Below, one piece after another: positions 32,973 to 43,868 of a DNA stretch of 64,000 nt. The notes under the pieces are model-generated. The model was given only the letters and a program-made list of their open reading frames with translations, was not told the origin of the DNA and searched no databases. Every line of letters starts with the position of its first letter. Position 1 is the stretch's first letter. The position numbers and the translations under genes are program-made. The stretch is from assembly GCA_964487105.1 (NCBI GenBank), contig CAZAPH010000002.1, positions 9,125-73,124 on the forward strand, written 5' to 3'. The DNA is from an uncultured Akkermansia sp. (GTDB taxonomy: Bacteria; Bacteroidota; Bacteroidia; B-17B0; Aurantibacillaceae).

Positions 32973-34595
32973 TTAAACAATAGTTGCTTTGTTTATTCCA
33001 TCGTATTGAATAAATAAAACATTTTTATTTTGAGTTGCTTTTGTTTTAAAATCAAAATTAATTGGTAGGGCTACAAACCTGTATTTATGATGGTTTAATT
33101 TGTTTTTTTCTAATAGTTCAAATTTTAATTTTTTATCAATTTCATTAATTAATAAAGGTTTAGGTTTTACTTTATGGTACAAATAATAATCTATTGCAAT
33201 AAGCTCTTTTAAAATAATATTATTACTAAAATGAGTATTTATAAACTCGTTTAATATTAAAAACACATCATCTAAACTATATTTATGGTAATCTTTTCGG
33301 GTTCCAAAATATTTACCTAAACCTAATAAAAAATCAAAACTACTATGGTTTTCTATTATATATTTTAAAGTGTTTATTGCTTTTTTTCCATTCCAATAAA
33401 TTTCAAGCGCATGCTCCAATTTTACAATATCTTCTAATTGATTTTCATTTAAATATTTACTTTTTATAATTTGATAGGGTGGGTTAGGGTCAAAAACAAA
33501 CTCGTGTTGTGCTTTATCCCTCATGGTGGTTCCTTTTAAAAACTTTAAAAAACCTAATTGTAGTTCTGGGGCTTGTAGTTTAAATACTTCTTCAAAACTA
33601 TATTTTATATCGTCCCAATAGTCTAATGGTAAACCAACAATTAAATCTAAATGTAATTCAACTTTATCTTGTACTTGTTCTATTATGCTTTTGGTTTTTT
33701 CAAAATTTTGTTTACGACTAACCTCTAAATTAGCAGCTTTATTAACGGTTTGTATGCCTATTTCAAATCTAAATAAATTTTTTGGTACACGCTCATTTAT
33801 AAATTTAATAATATCAGGGTGTAAAATATCGGCGGTAATTTCAAACTGAAATACATTTTCTTTTCGATGATTTTGTAAAATAAACTCAAAAATTTCTATT
33901 GTAAAATCACGTTTTATATTAAATGTTCTGTCTAAAAATTTAATTGTTCGTCCGTTTTGCATTAAATAAAGTAAATGCTCTTTAATAGTTGGTGTTGGTA
34001 ATCGCCTAACTACATTATCTAAACTTGCCAAACAAAACTCACATTTATATGGGCATCCCCTGCTGGTTTCTACATAACAAATCTTATTATTTAGTTCCTG
34101 GGGTAAATCTTCACTATATGGATTTATGTTTTCTAATTTTAATAAATTAAAATTTGGTGCAGTTTTATTCCTTTTAATTTCATTGTTTTGTTTATACACT
34201 AAATTACTAACGTTTTGGTAGTTTTCATTACAGTTTAAAAATTCTTCAAACGCTACCTCGCCCTCACCTTCTATAATAAAATCTATAAACTCTAAATTTA
34301 TAATTGTGTTGTTCTCATAACTAACCTCTGGACCACCTAAAAGTATTTTACAATTTGGGTTTATTTGTTTAATTAGTTTACAAACCTCTAATGTTTGTGT
34401 GATATTCCAGATATAACAACTAAAAGCTATAATTGAAAAATTAGAACATTCTTTAGCTATTTTTTCTTTATCATCTTTAATTGTAAATTCTTTATACTTT
34501 AAATTGTGTTTACCTTTATTTAAATGATACAATAACCTTATTGCCAAGTTTAAATGAATGTATTTAGAGTTTAAGGTAGTTAAAAGCGTAGCCAC
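32973..34595 (-). CDS. B12-binding radical SAM protein
   Basis: LNSKYIH, GGPEVS, ETSRGCPYKCEFC and FEIGIQT motifs. Confidence 0.9.
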   Translation of the reverse strand: MATLLTTLNSKYIHLNLAIRLLYHLNKGKHNLKYKEFTIKDDKEKIAKECSNFSIIAFSCYIWNITQTLEVCKLIKQINPNCKILLGGPEVSYENNTIINLEFIDFIIEGEGEVAFEEFLNCNENYQNVSNLVYKQNNEIKRNKTAPNFNLLKLENINPYSEDLPQELNNKICYVETSRGCPYKCEFCLASLDNVVRRLPTPTIKEHLLYLMQNGRTIKFLDRTFNIKRDFTIEIFEFILQNHRKENVFQFEITADILHPDIIKFINERVPKNLFRFEIGIQTVNKAANLEVSRKQNFEKTKSIIEQVQDKVELHLDLIVGLPLDYWDDIKYSFEEVFKLQAPELQLGFLKFLKGTTMRDKAQHEFVFDPNPPYQIIKSKYLNENQLEDIVKLEHALEIYWNGKKAINTLKYIIENHSSFDFLLGLGKYFGTRKDYHKYSLDDVFLILNEFINTHFSNNIILKELIAIDYYLYHKVKPKPLLINEIDKKLKFELLEKNKLNHHKYRFVALPINFDFKTKATQNKNVLFIQYDGINKATIV

Positions 34596-34628
34596 AATGC
34601 TAAATTACGTAATTTTTAGTTGTGTTTT

Positions 34629-35885
34629 TTAGTGATTGGATTTATTTATGTGCTTGCTAATGTATTTTTCGTTTGGTAATAAAGCTTTTTGTATTCTTTT
34701 AGCGTAATTTATTGAGGCAATAATTTCTTTTTGTTTTTCATCTACTGCGTATTTTTGTTCTTTAATTATTTTGTTTAACACTTTCTGTTTTCTTAAATTT
34801 TTATACACAATAAATAAAAAACACACAATTGCTAAAACTACACCTATGCTTAATAATAATGTATAATTTTTAATTTTTTTTTCGTAACTTATTTTTTGAG
34901 AATTTATTTCTTGTTCTTTTTTTAATTCCACTTCAAAGGATAATTTGTTTATTTCAAATTCGTTTGTGTTATCATTTTCTTGTTTAACAGACTCACTATA
35001 TTTTAGTAAATATTTTAACGCCGAATCTTTATTATTTAACCCTAAATAAGTTAAATATAAGTTTTTAAAATAAAATTTATTTTTGGAAGCATCATCTATT
35101 TTATTTAATAAATCCGACTGTTCAGATAAAATGTTTAATGCTTTTATGTAATTTTTTTGATTATAGAATAGTTTAAATTCGGATTCTTTAAAATTATAAA
35201 TACATGTTATGTCTATCGTTTTTCTATATTTATTTATAAGTGCTCTGTTGCATTTTAAAAGTTGTTCAACCGTGTCAATTATGTTTTTTGACAAGTATAT
35301 ATCTACTAAGTTGTTTCTAATGCTAAAAAGTGCTTCTGCTTGCTTTTCTTCGTTGGTTATATTTTTTAAACCAAAATAATAATATTTTAAGGCTTTAACC
35401 GTATCTGTACTTTCTTCGCTAATAATTCCCATGTTGTTACAAAAACTTGAAAGTCCTTCTTTGTATGGTTGTTGCAACAATAACATCAGTGTTGTGTCTC
35501 CATAATTTAATGCAATTTTTTTATTTCCACCTAAGTAATATGCTTGTACAAAATTTGATGTTACTTTACTTTGCCCTAAAATATTTTTTTGTTTAAAAAA
35601 ATTCAAATAAGCTAAATTCCCAAACTCTATTGATTTTTGAAAATTACTTACCTGTAAATAAATTATTTGTTTGTTTAATAGAGTTTTTGCATAGAATTCA
35701 TTTAATTCGTTATTAGCAAGAGCATTTAATATGGAGTCGCTAACAACAAGGGCTTTATTATATTCTCCTCTATCCATCAGGGCCCTTGTGTGATTATAGC
35801 TTTTATGTATTTCGTTTTGACTATTGCAAAAATTTATAAATAAAGAAAATACACTCGTAAGGATTATTATTTGTAAACTCATCAT
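34629..35885 (-). CDS. TPR-TM protein ending at the SpoIIE linker helix
   Basis: TPRs, TM, EKQKEIIASINYAKRIQKALLP. Confidence 0.85.
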   Translation of the reverse strand: MMSLQIIILTSVFSLFINFCNSQNEIHKSYNHTRALMDRGEYNKALVVSDSILNALANNELNEFYAKTLLNKQIIYLQVSNFQKSIEFGNLAYLNFFKQKNILGQSKVTSNFVQAYYLGGNKKIALNYGDTTLMLLLQQPYKEGLSSFCNNMGIISEESTDTVKALKYYYFGLKNITNEEKQAEALFSIRNNLVDIYLSKNIIDTVEQLLKCNRALINKYRKTIDITCIYNFKESEFKLFYNQKNYIKALNILSEQSDLLNKIDDASKNKFYFKNLYLTYLGLNNKDSALKYLLKYSESVKQENDNTNEFEINKLSFEVELKKEQEINSQKISYEKKIKNYTLLLSIGVVLAIVCFLFIVYKNLRKQKVLNKIIKEQKYAVDEKQKEIIASINYAKRIQKALLPNEKYISKHINKSNH

Positions 35886-35942
35886 CTATTAATTTAATAC
35901 TAAAATAATAAATTTTATTTTTGTTACCTTTACAAACTTTGA

Positions 35943-37826
35943 ATGCAAAATAATTACGATGTAATAGTTGTTGGTGCTGGCCATGCTGGCTGTGAGGCCG
36001 CTGCTGCCGCCGCCAACATGGGGAGTAAAGTTTTGTTACTTACCATGAATATGCAAACCATTGCACAAATGAGCTGTAACCCTGCAATGGGTGGTATTGC
36101 AAAAGGACAAATTGTAAGAGAAATAGATGCGCTTGGTGGTTATAGCGGTATAGTTTCTGATAAATCTGCTATACAATTTCGTATGTTAAACCGTAGTAAA
36201 GGCCCCGCCATGTGGAGCCCGCGTACACAAAACGATAGAATGTTATTTGCCGCAACGTGGCGAGAAATGTTAGAACAAACCCCAAATGTTGATTTTTGGC
36301 AAGACATGTGTAAAGGATTGTTAGTTAGCAAAGATGGAAAAAACATTGAGGGTGTTGTAACCGGTTTGGGTATAGAATTTAAAGCTAAAGCAGTTGTTTT
36401 AACAAACGGAACATTTTTAAATGGTTTAATTCATATTGGCGAAAAACAACTAGGGGGTGGTAGAAGCGGCGAAAGCGCTAGTTATGGAATTACTGAGCAG
36501 TTGATACAACTTGGTTTTGAAAGTGGACGAATGAAAACAGGAACTCCACCAAGAATTGACGGAAGAAGTTTAGATTACTCTAAAATGGAGGAACAACAAG
36601 GAGATGAGTTTTTAGATAAATTTTCTTATTTACAAAATACCTCACCGTTTATTTCTGGCGAAAAAAAACAATTACCCTGCCATATTACTTATACTAATCC
36701 CAAAGTTCATGAAATATTAAAAACTGGATTTGAAAAATCACCTATGTTTCAAGGACGAATACAAGGTTTAGGCCCGCGTTATTGTCCTAGTATTGAAGAT
36801 AAAATAAACAGATTTAGTGAACGTGAAAGACACCAACTTTTTGTAGAACCTGAAGGCTGGAATACCGTTGAAATTTATTTGAATGGTTTTTCTTCATCAT
36901 TACCTGAAGATGTTCAATACAAAGCATTACAACAAATACCCGGTTTAGAAAACGCAAAAATGTTTCGGCCAGGTTATGCAATAGAATATGATTATTTTCC
37001 GCCTACTCAATTAAAATTAACATTAGAAACTCAATTAGTTGAAAATTTATATTTTGCCGGTCAAATTAACGGAACAACTGGTTACGAAGAAGCCGCTTGC
37101 CAAGGATTAATGGCGGGTATTAATGCGCATTTAAAAATAAATAATAAAGAAGCTTTAATTTTAAATAGGTACGAAGCTTACATTGGCGTTTTAATTGACG
37201 ATTTAGTAAATAAAGGAACCGACGAACCGTACAGAATGTTTACGAGTAGGGCAGAGTACAGATTGTTATTAAGACAAGATAATGCAGATGTTAGACTTAC
37301 TGAATTATCATACAACTTAGGATTAGCAAGTAAATTTAGATACGATACCGTTAAGGAAAAAATTAAAAATTACGAAGAAATTATACATTATTTTAAAAAT
37401 AACAGTGCCGAGCCAAGCGTAACAAATCCTTTTTTAGAAAGTATAGCATCGGCCCCATTAACACAAAAATGGCGTTATTATAATGTTTTATCTCGCCCTA
37501 ATATTTCAATTAACGATTTAATTAAACACGACGAAACTTTACAAAATTTCATTAAAAATTTTAATAACGAAACCATTGAACAAGCTGAAATTTTAATGAA
37601 GTACGATGGGTACATTGAACGAGAAAAAGAAAACGCAGATAAATTAAAAAAATTAGAAGAATATAAAATACCTTTAAATTTTAATTACAATGCAGTTAAA
37701 AGTTTAGGATTAGAAGCCACTGAAAAATTTAAAAAATTTAAACCTACTACAATTGGTCAAGCTAGTCGTATAAGCGGAATTAATCCGGCAGACGTTAATG
37801 TTCTTTTAATTCATTTAGGAAGATAA
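35943..37826 (+). CDS. mnmG: tRNA U34 carboxymethylaminomethyl modification enzyme MnmG (GidA)
   Basis: [30 protein letters not shown] and [13 protein letters not shown] motifs. Confidence 0.98.
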   Translation: MQNNYDVIVVGAGHAGCEAAAAAANMGSKVLLLTMNMQTIAQMSCNPAMGGIAKGQIVREIDALGGYSGIVSDKSAIQFRMLNRSKGPAMWSPRTQNDRMLFAATWREMLEQTPNVDFWQDMCKGLLVSKDGKNIEGVVTGLGIEFKAKAVVLTNGTFLNGLIHIGEKQLGGGRSGESASYGITEQLIQLGFESGRMKTGTPPRIDGRSLDYSKMEEQQGDEFLDKFSYLQNTSPFISGEKKQLPCHITYTNPKVHEILKTGFEKSPMFQGRIQGLGPRYCPSIEDKINRFSERERHQLFVEPEGWNTVEIYLNGFSSSLPEDVQYKALQQIPGLENAKMFRPGYAIEYDYFPPTQLKLTLETQLVENLYFAGQINGTTGYEEAACQGLMAGINAHLKINNKEALILNRYEAYIGVLIDDLVNKGTDEPYRMFTSRAEYRLLLRQDNADVRLTELSYNLGLASKFRYDTVKEKIKNYEEIIHYFKNNSAEPSVTNPFLESIASAPLTQKWRYYNVLSRPNISINDLIKHDETLQNFIKNFNNETIEQAEILMKYDGYIEREKENADKLKKLEEYKIPLNFNYNAVKSLGLEATEKFKKFKPTTIGQASRISGINPADVNVLLIHLGR

Positions 37827-37846
37827 ACACATTAAATTAAAATAAC

Positions 37847-38890
37847 ATGAATAATAATTTTTTTATAATTATTATTTTTTTTATAGTTCAACTTACCAAC
37901 TCGCAAGAAGTTAAAATAAAAACTTTTCAAACATCTGGTTTAGATTGTAGCTGGGATGTTTCAGGATCTAATTTAATTGCATATTCTAAAAAAGGAAGCG
38001 ATAAGTTTTACGACATTTATCTTTCTTTACCCAACGGAACAAAAGATACTTGTATAACGTGTAATAACCCTTTACTACCCAATAAACACATTGCAAATAT
38101 GGCGTGGCACCCATCAGGTAAATGGTTAATAGCTATTGTTGAAAAAAAAGTACATAAAGGTTCATCTACCGATGCATTACCTGGTTTTGGAGCATATTGC
38201 GATGTTTGGCTTATAAGAAAAGATGGTAAAAAAGTGTTTAAACTAATTGATATACCTAATGATTACGACCACGGTGTAATTGCCCCGCGCTTTTCAAACA
38301 ATGGAAAAAAAATAGTTTGGACGGAAAGAAAAATAAAACCAAAGTTTATAAGCCCAACGCAAACATTTGGTTTTTGGGTTATTAAAACTGCAAATTTTGA
38401 ATTTGATAAGGATAGTATACCTATTGTAAAAGAGATTAAAACAATAGAACCAAAAGGAGATGGTTTTTATGAGTGTTATGGATTTTCTCCCAATGATAAG
38501 CAACTTATTTTTTGTAGTAGTATGTCAGAAAAGTCCGTTTGGACACAACAAATTTATTTAATTGACACAAGTGGTACAGATTTAAAAAAACTAACTACTG
38601 AAGGCTATAATGAACATTCGGTTTTTACGCCAGATGGAACAAAAATAGTTTGGATGAGTAATTTAAATAATAAAAATAAAGGCACAGATTGGTGGATAAT
38701 GAATGCAGATGGTTCTGATAAAAAACGATTAACGTATTTTAATGATAAAAACAGTAAACACTATGAGGGTCATGCCCGTTGGGCAGGATTAATTTCTTTT
38801 TCGCCCGATGGTAAACAATTTGTTGGAGGCGTGCAATTAAGTTTAATTAGCCAAGAAGGAAAAATTGTAATTGTTACTTTAGTAGAATAA
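37847..38890 (+). CDS. TolB-like/PD40 beta-propeller secreted protein
   Basis: WHPSG, FSPND, FTPDG and MNADGSDKKRLT motifs. Confidence 0.8.
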   Translation: MNNNFFIIIIFFIVQLTNSQEVKIKTFQTSGLDCSWDVSGSNLIAYSKKGSDKFYDIYLSLPNGTKDTCITCNNPLLPNKHIANMAWHPSGKWLIAIVEKKVHKGSSTDALPGFGAYCDVWLIRKDGKKVFKLIDIPNDYDHGVIAPRFSNNGKKIVWTERKIKPKFISPTQTFGFWVIKTANFEFDKDSIPIVKEIKTIEPKGDGFYECYGFSPNDKQLIFCSSMSEKSVWTQQIYLIDTSGTDLKKLTTEGYNEHSVFTPDGTKIVWMSNLNNKNKGTDWWIMNADGSDKKRLTYFNDKNSKHYEGHARWAGLISFSPDGKQFVGGVQLSLISQEGKIVIVTLVE

Positions 38891-38906
38891 TTCTTTTAAA
38901 CCCATC

Positions 38907-40490
38907 TTATATAATTTTTAATCGCTCTTCTTCCAAATCTATTTGATAAAGTTGATCCCTAATAATTTCTTCATTAATTTTTGGATCTTTGTTAAGTTCA
39001 ATAAGATATTTCCTTTGTAATTCAAGCGACTCAACAAACAAAGCTTTTGTTTTTTCTGTCATTAAATCTTCGTCGGTTGCTTTAGCTCTTTCCTCCCATT
39101 GTTTCAATACTCTTTCAAAAGCAGCATGACCCTGATATTCGTTATCATATTTCTTTTTCAAAAACTCATAAACTATTTGTTTTAAACCTTGTTTCATTTT
39201 TTGTTTAGCAAGAGCTTCTGCTTCTTCACTTGCTGGATTATCAAAAACGTGGTAGCGTTTAATAATATAAGGGAGTGTTAATCCTTGTATTAAAAGTGTA
39301 AGTAAAATAGCAATAAACGTAACAAATAAAATCAAATTACGATACGGAAATTCTGCTCCGTTTTCTAAAGTTACAGGTATAGCTAAAGCGGCCGCTAGCG
39401 ACACCACGCCCCGCATACCCGTCCAACCAAGCACCAACGGCAACAAAAACTGTCTTTTTCGGGTAGACGCACGCGGTGCCACGCTTGGTCTAAAAATAAA
39501 TGTTGCAAACATAGCGACATATGAACTAATCATCCTAGCTAGAATTAAAACAACTGTAACTAAAATACCGTAACCAATAGCTGTAATTAATGGAATACCT
39601 TTTGAGCGCAAACCTTCAACTATTTCAGGAAGGCCTAAGCCAATAATTAAAAAAACAATACCATTTAAAATAAACACAAAACTTTCCCATACACTAAAGC
39701 CCCTAATACGACTTGCGCTGTTTAAAAATACCAATCGTTTAGCTGACATATACAAACCCCCGCTTACAACTGCCAATACTCCCGAAGCGTGTACTTGCTC
39801 TGCTATCCAATACATAAAATAAGGCTCAATTAATGTTAAAGCTACATCAGATGGTGCGTCGGTTGGCAAATATTTATGCGCTTTTACAAATAACCAAGCA
39901 ATAATTATGCCTATAGCTGCGCCACCCAAAACCATCCACAAAAAACTTACTGCCGCTTGCTGCCAAACAAATTGCCCGGTGCCAACAGCTACCAAAGCAA
40001 ACCTAAAAATAATTAATGAAGATGCGTCATTTAACAAACTCTCTCCTTCTAAAACAGCCTTTGTGGATTTAGGAATTTTTACAAATTTCATAATAGCCCC
40101 TGTGCTTACGGCATCTGGCGGAGATACTATTCCTCCTAATAAAAAACCTAATGCAATTGTAAACCCAGGAATGTAATAATTAGTAACCAAAGCAACCGAT
40201 AGAGCTGTGAAAAACACCACTAAAAAAGCAAAACTACCAATAATTCGCCACCACTTTTTCATTTCTTTAAACGAAATTCCCCAAGCAGCTTCAAATAATA
40301 AGGGGGGTAAAAAAATAAAGAATATTAAGTCTGGGTTTATTTTTACTTTCGGTAAACAAGGAATAAAACTTATTACTAAACCGGCAATAATCAAAACAAT
40401 AGGATAGGCTACTTTTAACTTAGTTGCCCACATTTCTAGCAGAACCACCGCTAAAATCATTGCTAATAAAAAAGGTAAAATAGTTTGCAT
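38907..40490 (-). CDS. Na+/H+ antiporter (CPA1 family)
   Basis: FLPPLLF, PPDAV, EGESLLNDA and GMRGVVSLAAAL motifs. Confidence 0.93.
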   Translation of the reverse strand: MQTILPFLLAMILAVVLLEMWATKLKVAYPIVLIIAGLVISFIPCLPKVKINPDLIFFIFLPPLLFEAAWGISFKEMKKWWRIIGSFAFLVVFFTALSVALVTNYYIPGFTIALGFLLGGIVSPPDAVSTGAIMKFVKIPKSTKAVLEGESLLNDASSLIIFRFALVAVGTGQFVWQQAAVSFLWMVLGGAAIGIIIAWLFVKAHKYLPTDAPSDVALTLIEPYFMYWIAEQVHASGVLAVVSGGLYMSAKRLVFLNSASRIRGFSVWESFVFILNGIVFLIIGLGLPEIVEGLRSKGIPLITAIGYGILVTVVLILARMISSYVAMFATFIFRPSVAPRASTRKRQFLLPLVLGWTGMRGVVSLAAALAIPVTLENGAEFPYRNLILFVTFIAILLTLLIQGLTLPYIIKRYHVFDNPASEEAEALAKQKMKQGLKQIVYEFLKKKYDNEYQGHAAFERVLKQWEERAKATDEDLMTEKTKALFVESLELQRKYLIELNKDPKINEEIIRDQLYQIDLEEERLKII

Positions 40491-40547
40491 TTAAAAAGCA
40501 TTAAATTATAAAAGGATTGAATTTAGTAAAAATACTGAGTTTAATTT

Positions 40548-40742
40548 GTTGCACAGTTTGTAAGCTTGCACAGTGCGTTTTTGAAACATTACGCTTTCTA
40601 AACGACGAAATGTTTTTATTGAAACACCATGCTCACTTTTTGCTTACATAAAAATAATAATTTCTGCGAAGCAGGCAAAAAATGTAAGCAAAAAATTTAT
40701 ACGTCAGCCCGCATTGTTCAATTGTTTGCTGTTAGGGGCTGG
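40548..40742 (-). other. Degenerate orphan attC-like site
   Basis: Directly after a stop codon: CCCCTAAC-AGC...TTGAACAATGCG-GGCTGACG ... CGCACTGTGCAA...CAAACTGTGCAAC; parallels the site at 63521-63710. Confidence 0.55.
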
Positions 40743-41525
40743 TTACTTGTCTATTGTATTAAACTTGTATTCACTTAGTTCTTTCATTGCCATTTCATAA
40801 GTAAAGGAGTCAGCCATTAATTGTTTGAATGTCATTTTTTTAATATCAATCAAGAATTCTACAAGAATTTCTGATTCATAATACTCGAATACAAATTGAT
40901 TTCCTTCCCAAAAAGATGTATCATTATAAAGAGCGACCCTATTTTTAAAATTATATGTACTGTCGGTTTGCTTTGGGTAAATATTTGAAGCGTATTCAGC
41001 ATAACCTTCTTGTTTCCAAGTAGGGAGTTCGGCTGCTTTCTTGTCACCAAGTTTTTTATTAACGAACGAATGTATTATTTCATGACAAATCGTTTCTTGT
41101 ATATTTCCCTCCATAGCGGAATACAGTACTATTTTATTAGCTGTTTTTCGGTCGGAATGTACTTGTTCAATAAAAGGTTTAGATATATAAATTTTATTAA
41201 AAGCGCGCATATTAAAGCCTTGTGCTGGATATCCTGAGCCCGCAATTGTCGCATAAAATTTAAACGTACTTTCCGATGAAAATATATAAATATCATGTTC
41301 TATATTCTGGTCATAAAGTTCGCATGCTTTTAATCTTTGGTCAATTTGATTTAGAAATTCATTTGAATTGTCAAAAACTGAATTTGTATATAAATTATAT
41401 TTCCCAAAATTATAGTTGTTACTAAACCAATATTTTGTAGAATAGAATACTGAAAAGTAAATTAATGTAATTAATATAATTAAAACTCCTAATATTATTA
41501 ATATTTTTTTCAGTCGTTTATTCAT
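40743..41525 (-). CDS. Membrane-anchored putative zinc metallopeptidase
   Basis: N-terminal TM, HEIIH...W.QEGYAEY gluzincin-like motif. Confidence 0.7.
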   Translation of the reverse strand: MNKRLKKILIILGVLIILITLIYFSVFYSTKYWFSNNYNFGKYNLYTNSVFDNSNEFLNQIDQRLKACELYDQNIEHDIYIFSSESTFKFYATIAGSGYPAQGFNMRAFNKIYISKPFIEQVHSDRKTANKIVLYSAMEGNIQETICHEIIHSFVNKKLGDKKAAELPTWKQEGYAEYASNIYPKQTDSTYNFKNRVALYNDTSFWEGNQFVFEYYESEILVEFLIDIKKMTFKQLMADSFTYEMAMKELSEYKFNTIDK

Positions 41526-41529
41526 TCTA

Positions 41530-41715
41530 TTATTGGATTTTCTCTGTAAGTTTTGGACTTGACAAAACCATAATGAAACCAATTATAGGACTTAGTAATA
41601 TACACCAATATATAGAGTTACTATATCCAATTTGTCTGTGAGTGCCAATATATTTAGCGATTAAATATGTTAGCCCAAAATAGAGAACAAATGCAATAAG
41701 CCAAATGAAATTCAT
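41530..41715 (-). CDS. Small membrane protein
   Basis: Two TM segments, R.IGY...LLSPIIG. Confidence 0.65.
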   Translation of the reverse strand: MNFIWLIAFVLYFGLTYLIAKYIGTHRQIGYSNSIYWCILLSPIIGFIMVLSSPKLTEKIQ

Positions 41716-42185
41716 ATTTATGTTTTTTAGTTATTACAAATCTATTGAATTTTAGTTTGAAACCAAATGATGTGCCCCCTGAGATTAGGTCGACAAGTTT
41801 AAAGATGTTTGCGGTTAGGTCTTCCGGTTTTAGTGGGATATACAGGCTTAGGTTCAAAAAAACTGTTTTAAAATTGCGGAAATCAATTGTTAATTTAAAC
41901 TAAATAAGATTTGAAATTTGTTGTCTAACGTAGGTTTTTTGTCTGTCACCTGTAACTTGCCACTATCTAACAAGTAAGGTTTAAAAAATGTTTTTAAGTT
42001 TAACTATTTAATTAGTTTTTAAAATTTTGCAAAAAACCAAACATTAAAAAACAACATAATTGGTTTTATAAAATTTCTTCTCAATTAAAAACAAGTTATG
42101 TTTTTACCATCTAAAATAAAACACAAATAATAACGCCACTTTCACTTATATACAACAACACAAAGTGGTTATTTTTAAAAATTAA

Positions 42186-43352
42186 TTACAAAGTTCCTCT
42201 TAAGGCTTGTTCTCTTTCAATACTTTCAAACAAAGCTTTAAAGTTTCCTGCTCCAAAACCGGTGGCGCCCATACGTTGTATTATTTCAAAAAATAATGTT
42301 GGTCTGTCTTCTAACGGTTTGGTAAAAATTTGTAATAAATAACCATCTTCGTCAGCATCAACTAAAATAGAAAGTTCTTGTAATTTTTTTAAATCTTCTT
42401 TCATCATATCTTTATGCACACCTAACCGTTTAGGTATTTCATCGTAATATGCTTGAGGTGGAGGAGGTAAAAACTCAACACCACGAGCTTTTAATTGGCC
42501 AACAGTTTCAATTATATCATCTGTTGCCAAAGCTAAGTGCTGTACACCTTCACCCTCATAAAAATCAATATACTCTTCTATTTGCGATTTCTTTTTACCT
42601 TTTGCTGGTTCGTTAATGGGGTATTTTATTCGGCCATTACCATTACTCATAACTTTACTCATTAAAGCAGAATATTCAGTGGTAATTTGTTTATCATCAA
42701 AGCTTAAAAAATTCACAAAACCCATTACATCTTCGTACCATTTCATGGCTACATTCATTCTGTTCCAACCTGTATTGGCAACCATGTGATCAACAAATTT
42801 AAACCCTACTGGGCTAGGGTTATAGTCTGACACCCATTTTTTATAACCAGGTAAAAATACACCTTTATAGTTTTTACGCTCAACAAACATGTGAATTGTT
42901 TCGCCGTAAGGTGCGTAAATACCCGCGCGAACAACTTCGCCATTTTCGTCTTTTTCAACTTTTGGTTCCATAAATGGTTTGGCGCCACGTTTAACAGTTT
43001 CTTCAAAAGATTTACGAGCGTCTTCAACCCATAAGGCATTTACTTTTACACCATCACCATGTTTTTTTACGTGCTCTCCAATGTGTGAGTTGCTGTTAAG
43101 CGCTGTGGTTAATACAATTCTAATTTTATTTTGTACTAAAACATAAGATGCCGCTTCTCTGTTTCCGGTTTCTAAACCGCTATAAGCTAATGATTGAAAC
43201 CCAAAAGCTGTTTTATAATAATGTGCAGCTTGTTTAGCGTTACCCACATAAAATTCAACATAATCTGTACCTAATAATGGTAAAAAATCTTGAGCGCCAT
43301 CAAAAATTTTTTCTAAACCATATTCAACGTTTTCTATTTTTTTATTAATCAT
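42186..43352 (-). CDS. hppD: 4-hydroxyphenylpyruvate dioxygenase
   Basis: EGVQHLAL, YLLQIFT, FFEIIQR and GFGAGNFKALFE motifs. Confidence 0.97.
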   Translation of the reverse strand: MINKKIENVEYGLEKIFDGAQDFLPLLGTDYVEFYVGNAKQAAHYYKTAFGFQSLAYSGLETGNREAASYVLVQNKIRIVLTTALNSNSHIGEHVKKHGDGVKVNALWVEDARKSFEETVKRGAKPFMEPKVEKDENGEVVRAGIYAPYGETIHMFVERKNYKGVFLPGYKKWVSDYNPSPVGFKFVDHMVANTGWNRMNVAMKWYEDVMGFVNFLSFDDKQITTEYSALMSKVMSNGNGRIKYPINEPAKGKKKSQIEEYIDFYEGEGVQHLALATDDIIETVGQLKARGVEFLPPPPQAYYDEIPKRLGVHKDMMKEDLKKLQELSILVDADEDGYLLQIFTKPLEDRPTLFFEIIQRMGATGFGAGNFKALFESIEREQALRGTL

Positions 43353-43360
43353 ATCTGTAT

Positions 43361-43777
43361 TTAATTTAGTCTATAAAAGAAAAAAAAGATTGCAGCTGCA
43401 GCCCAATTTGGATTAATGTTTTTTGCATATCCAATAGTGTTATAACTGCTGTTTTGAACTGTACCATCTTGTTTTATGTATCCAATGGTATTATAACTAC
43501 TATTTTGAACTGTACCATCTTGTTTTATGTATCCGATAGTGTTATAACTACTGTTTTGAATTGTACCATCTTGTTTTATGTATCCAATAGTGTTATAGCT
43601 GCTGTTTTGAACTGTACCATCTTGTTTTATGTATCCAATGGTATTATAACTGCTGTTTTGAACGGCACCATCTTGTTTTATGTATCCAATAGTGTTATAA
43701 CTGCTGTTTTGTACTTGTTGAGAAAACAGTTTAAACGCACATAAGAATAAAATTAAGTGTAAAAACGGACCTTTCAT
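43361..43777 (-). CDS. Secreted 17-aa tandem repeat protein
   Basis: Signal peptide, six (V/I)QNSSYNTIGY(IKQDG) units and a hydrophobic tail. Confidence 0.85.
   Translation of the reverse strand: MKGPFLHLILFLCAFKLFSQQVQNSSYNTIGYIKQDGAVQNSSYNTIGYIKQDGTVQNSSYNTIGYIKQDGTIQNSSYNTIGYIKQDGTVQNSSYNTIGYIKQDGTVQNSSYNTIGYAKNINPNWAAAAIFFFFYRLN
43428..43712. repeat. 51-bp coding tandem repeat, about 5.6 copies
   Basis: Unit TATCCAATAGTGTTATAACTGCTGTTTTGAACTGTACCATCTTGTTTTATG with mostly synonymous variation. Confidence 0.95.
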
Positions 43778-43868
43778 GTGTAAACGCTTTTAATTTTAAC
43801 ACACAAATTTAACTATTTTAACTAAAAAATTATGTAAATGGTAAGTTAAATTTATTATCTTTGTTTAA

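Noticed and set aside
43428..43712. Regular repeats as a CRISPR array
   Set aside because: The units are contiguous 51-bp coding repeats with no unique spacers, and no cas genes are present.
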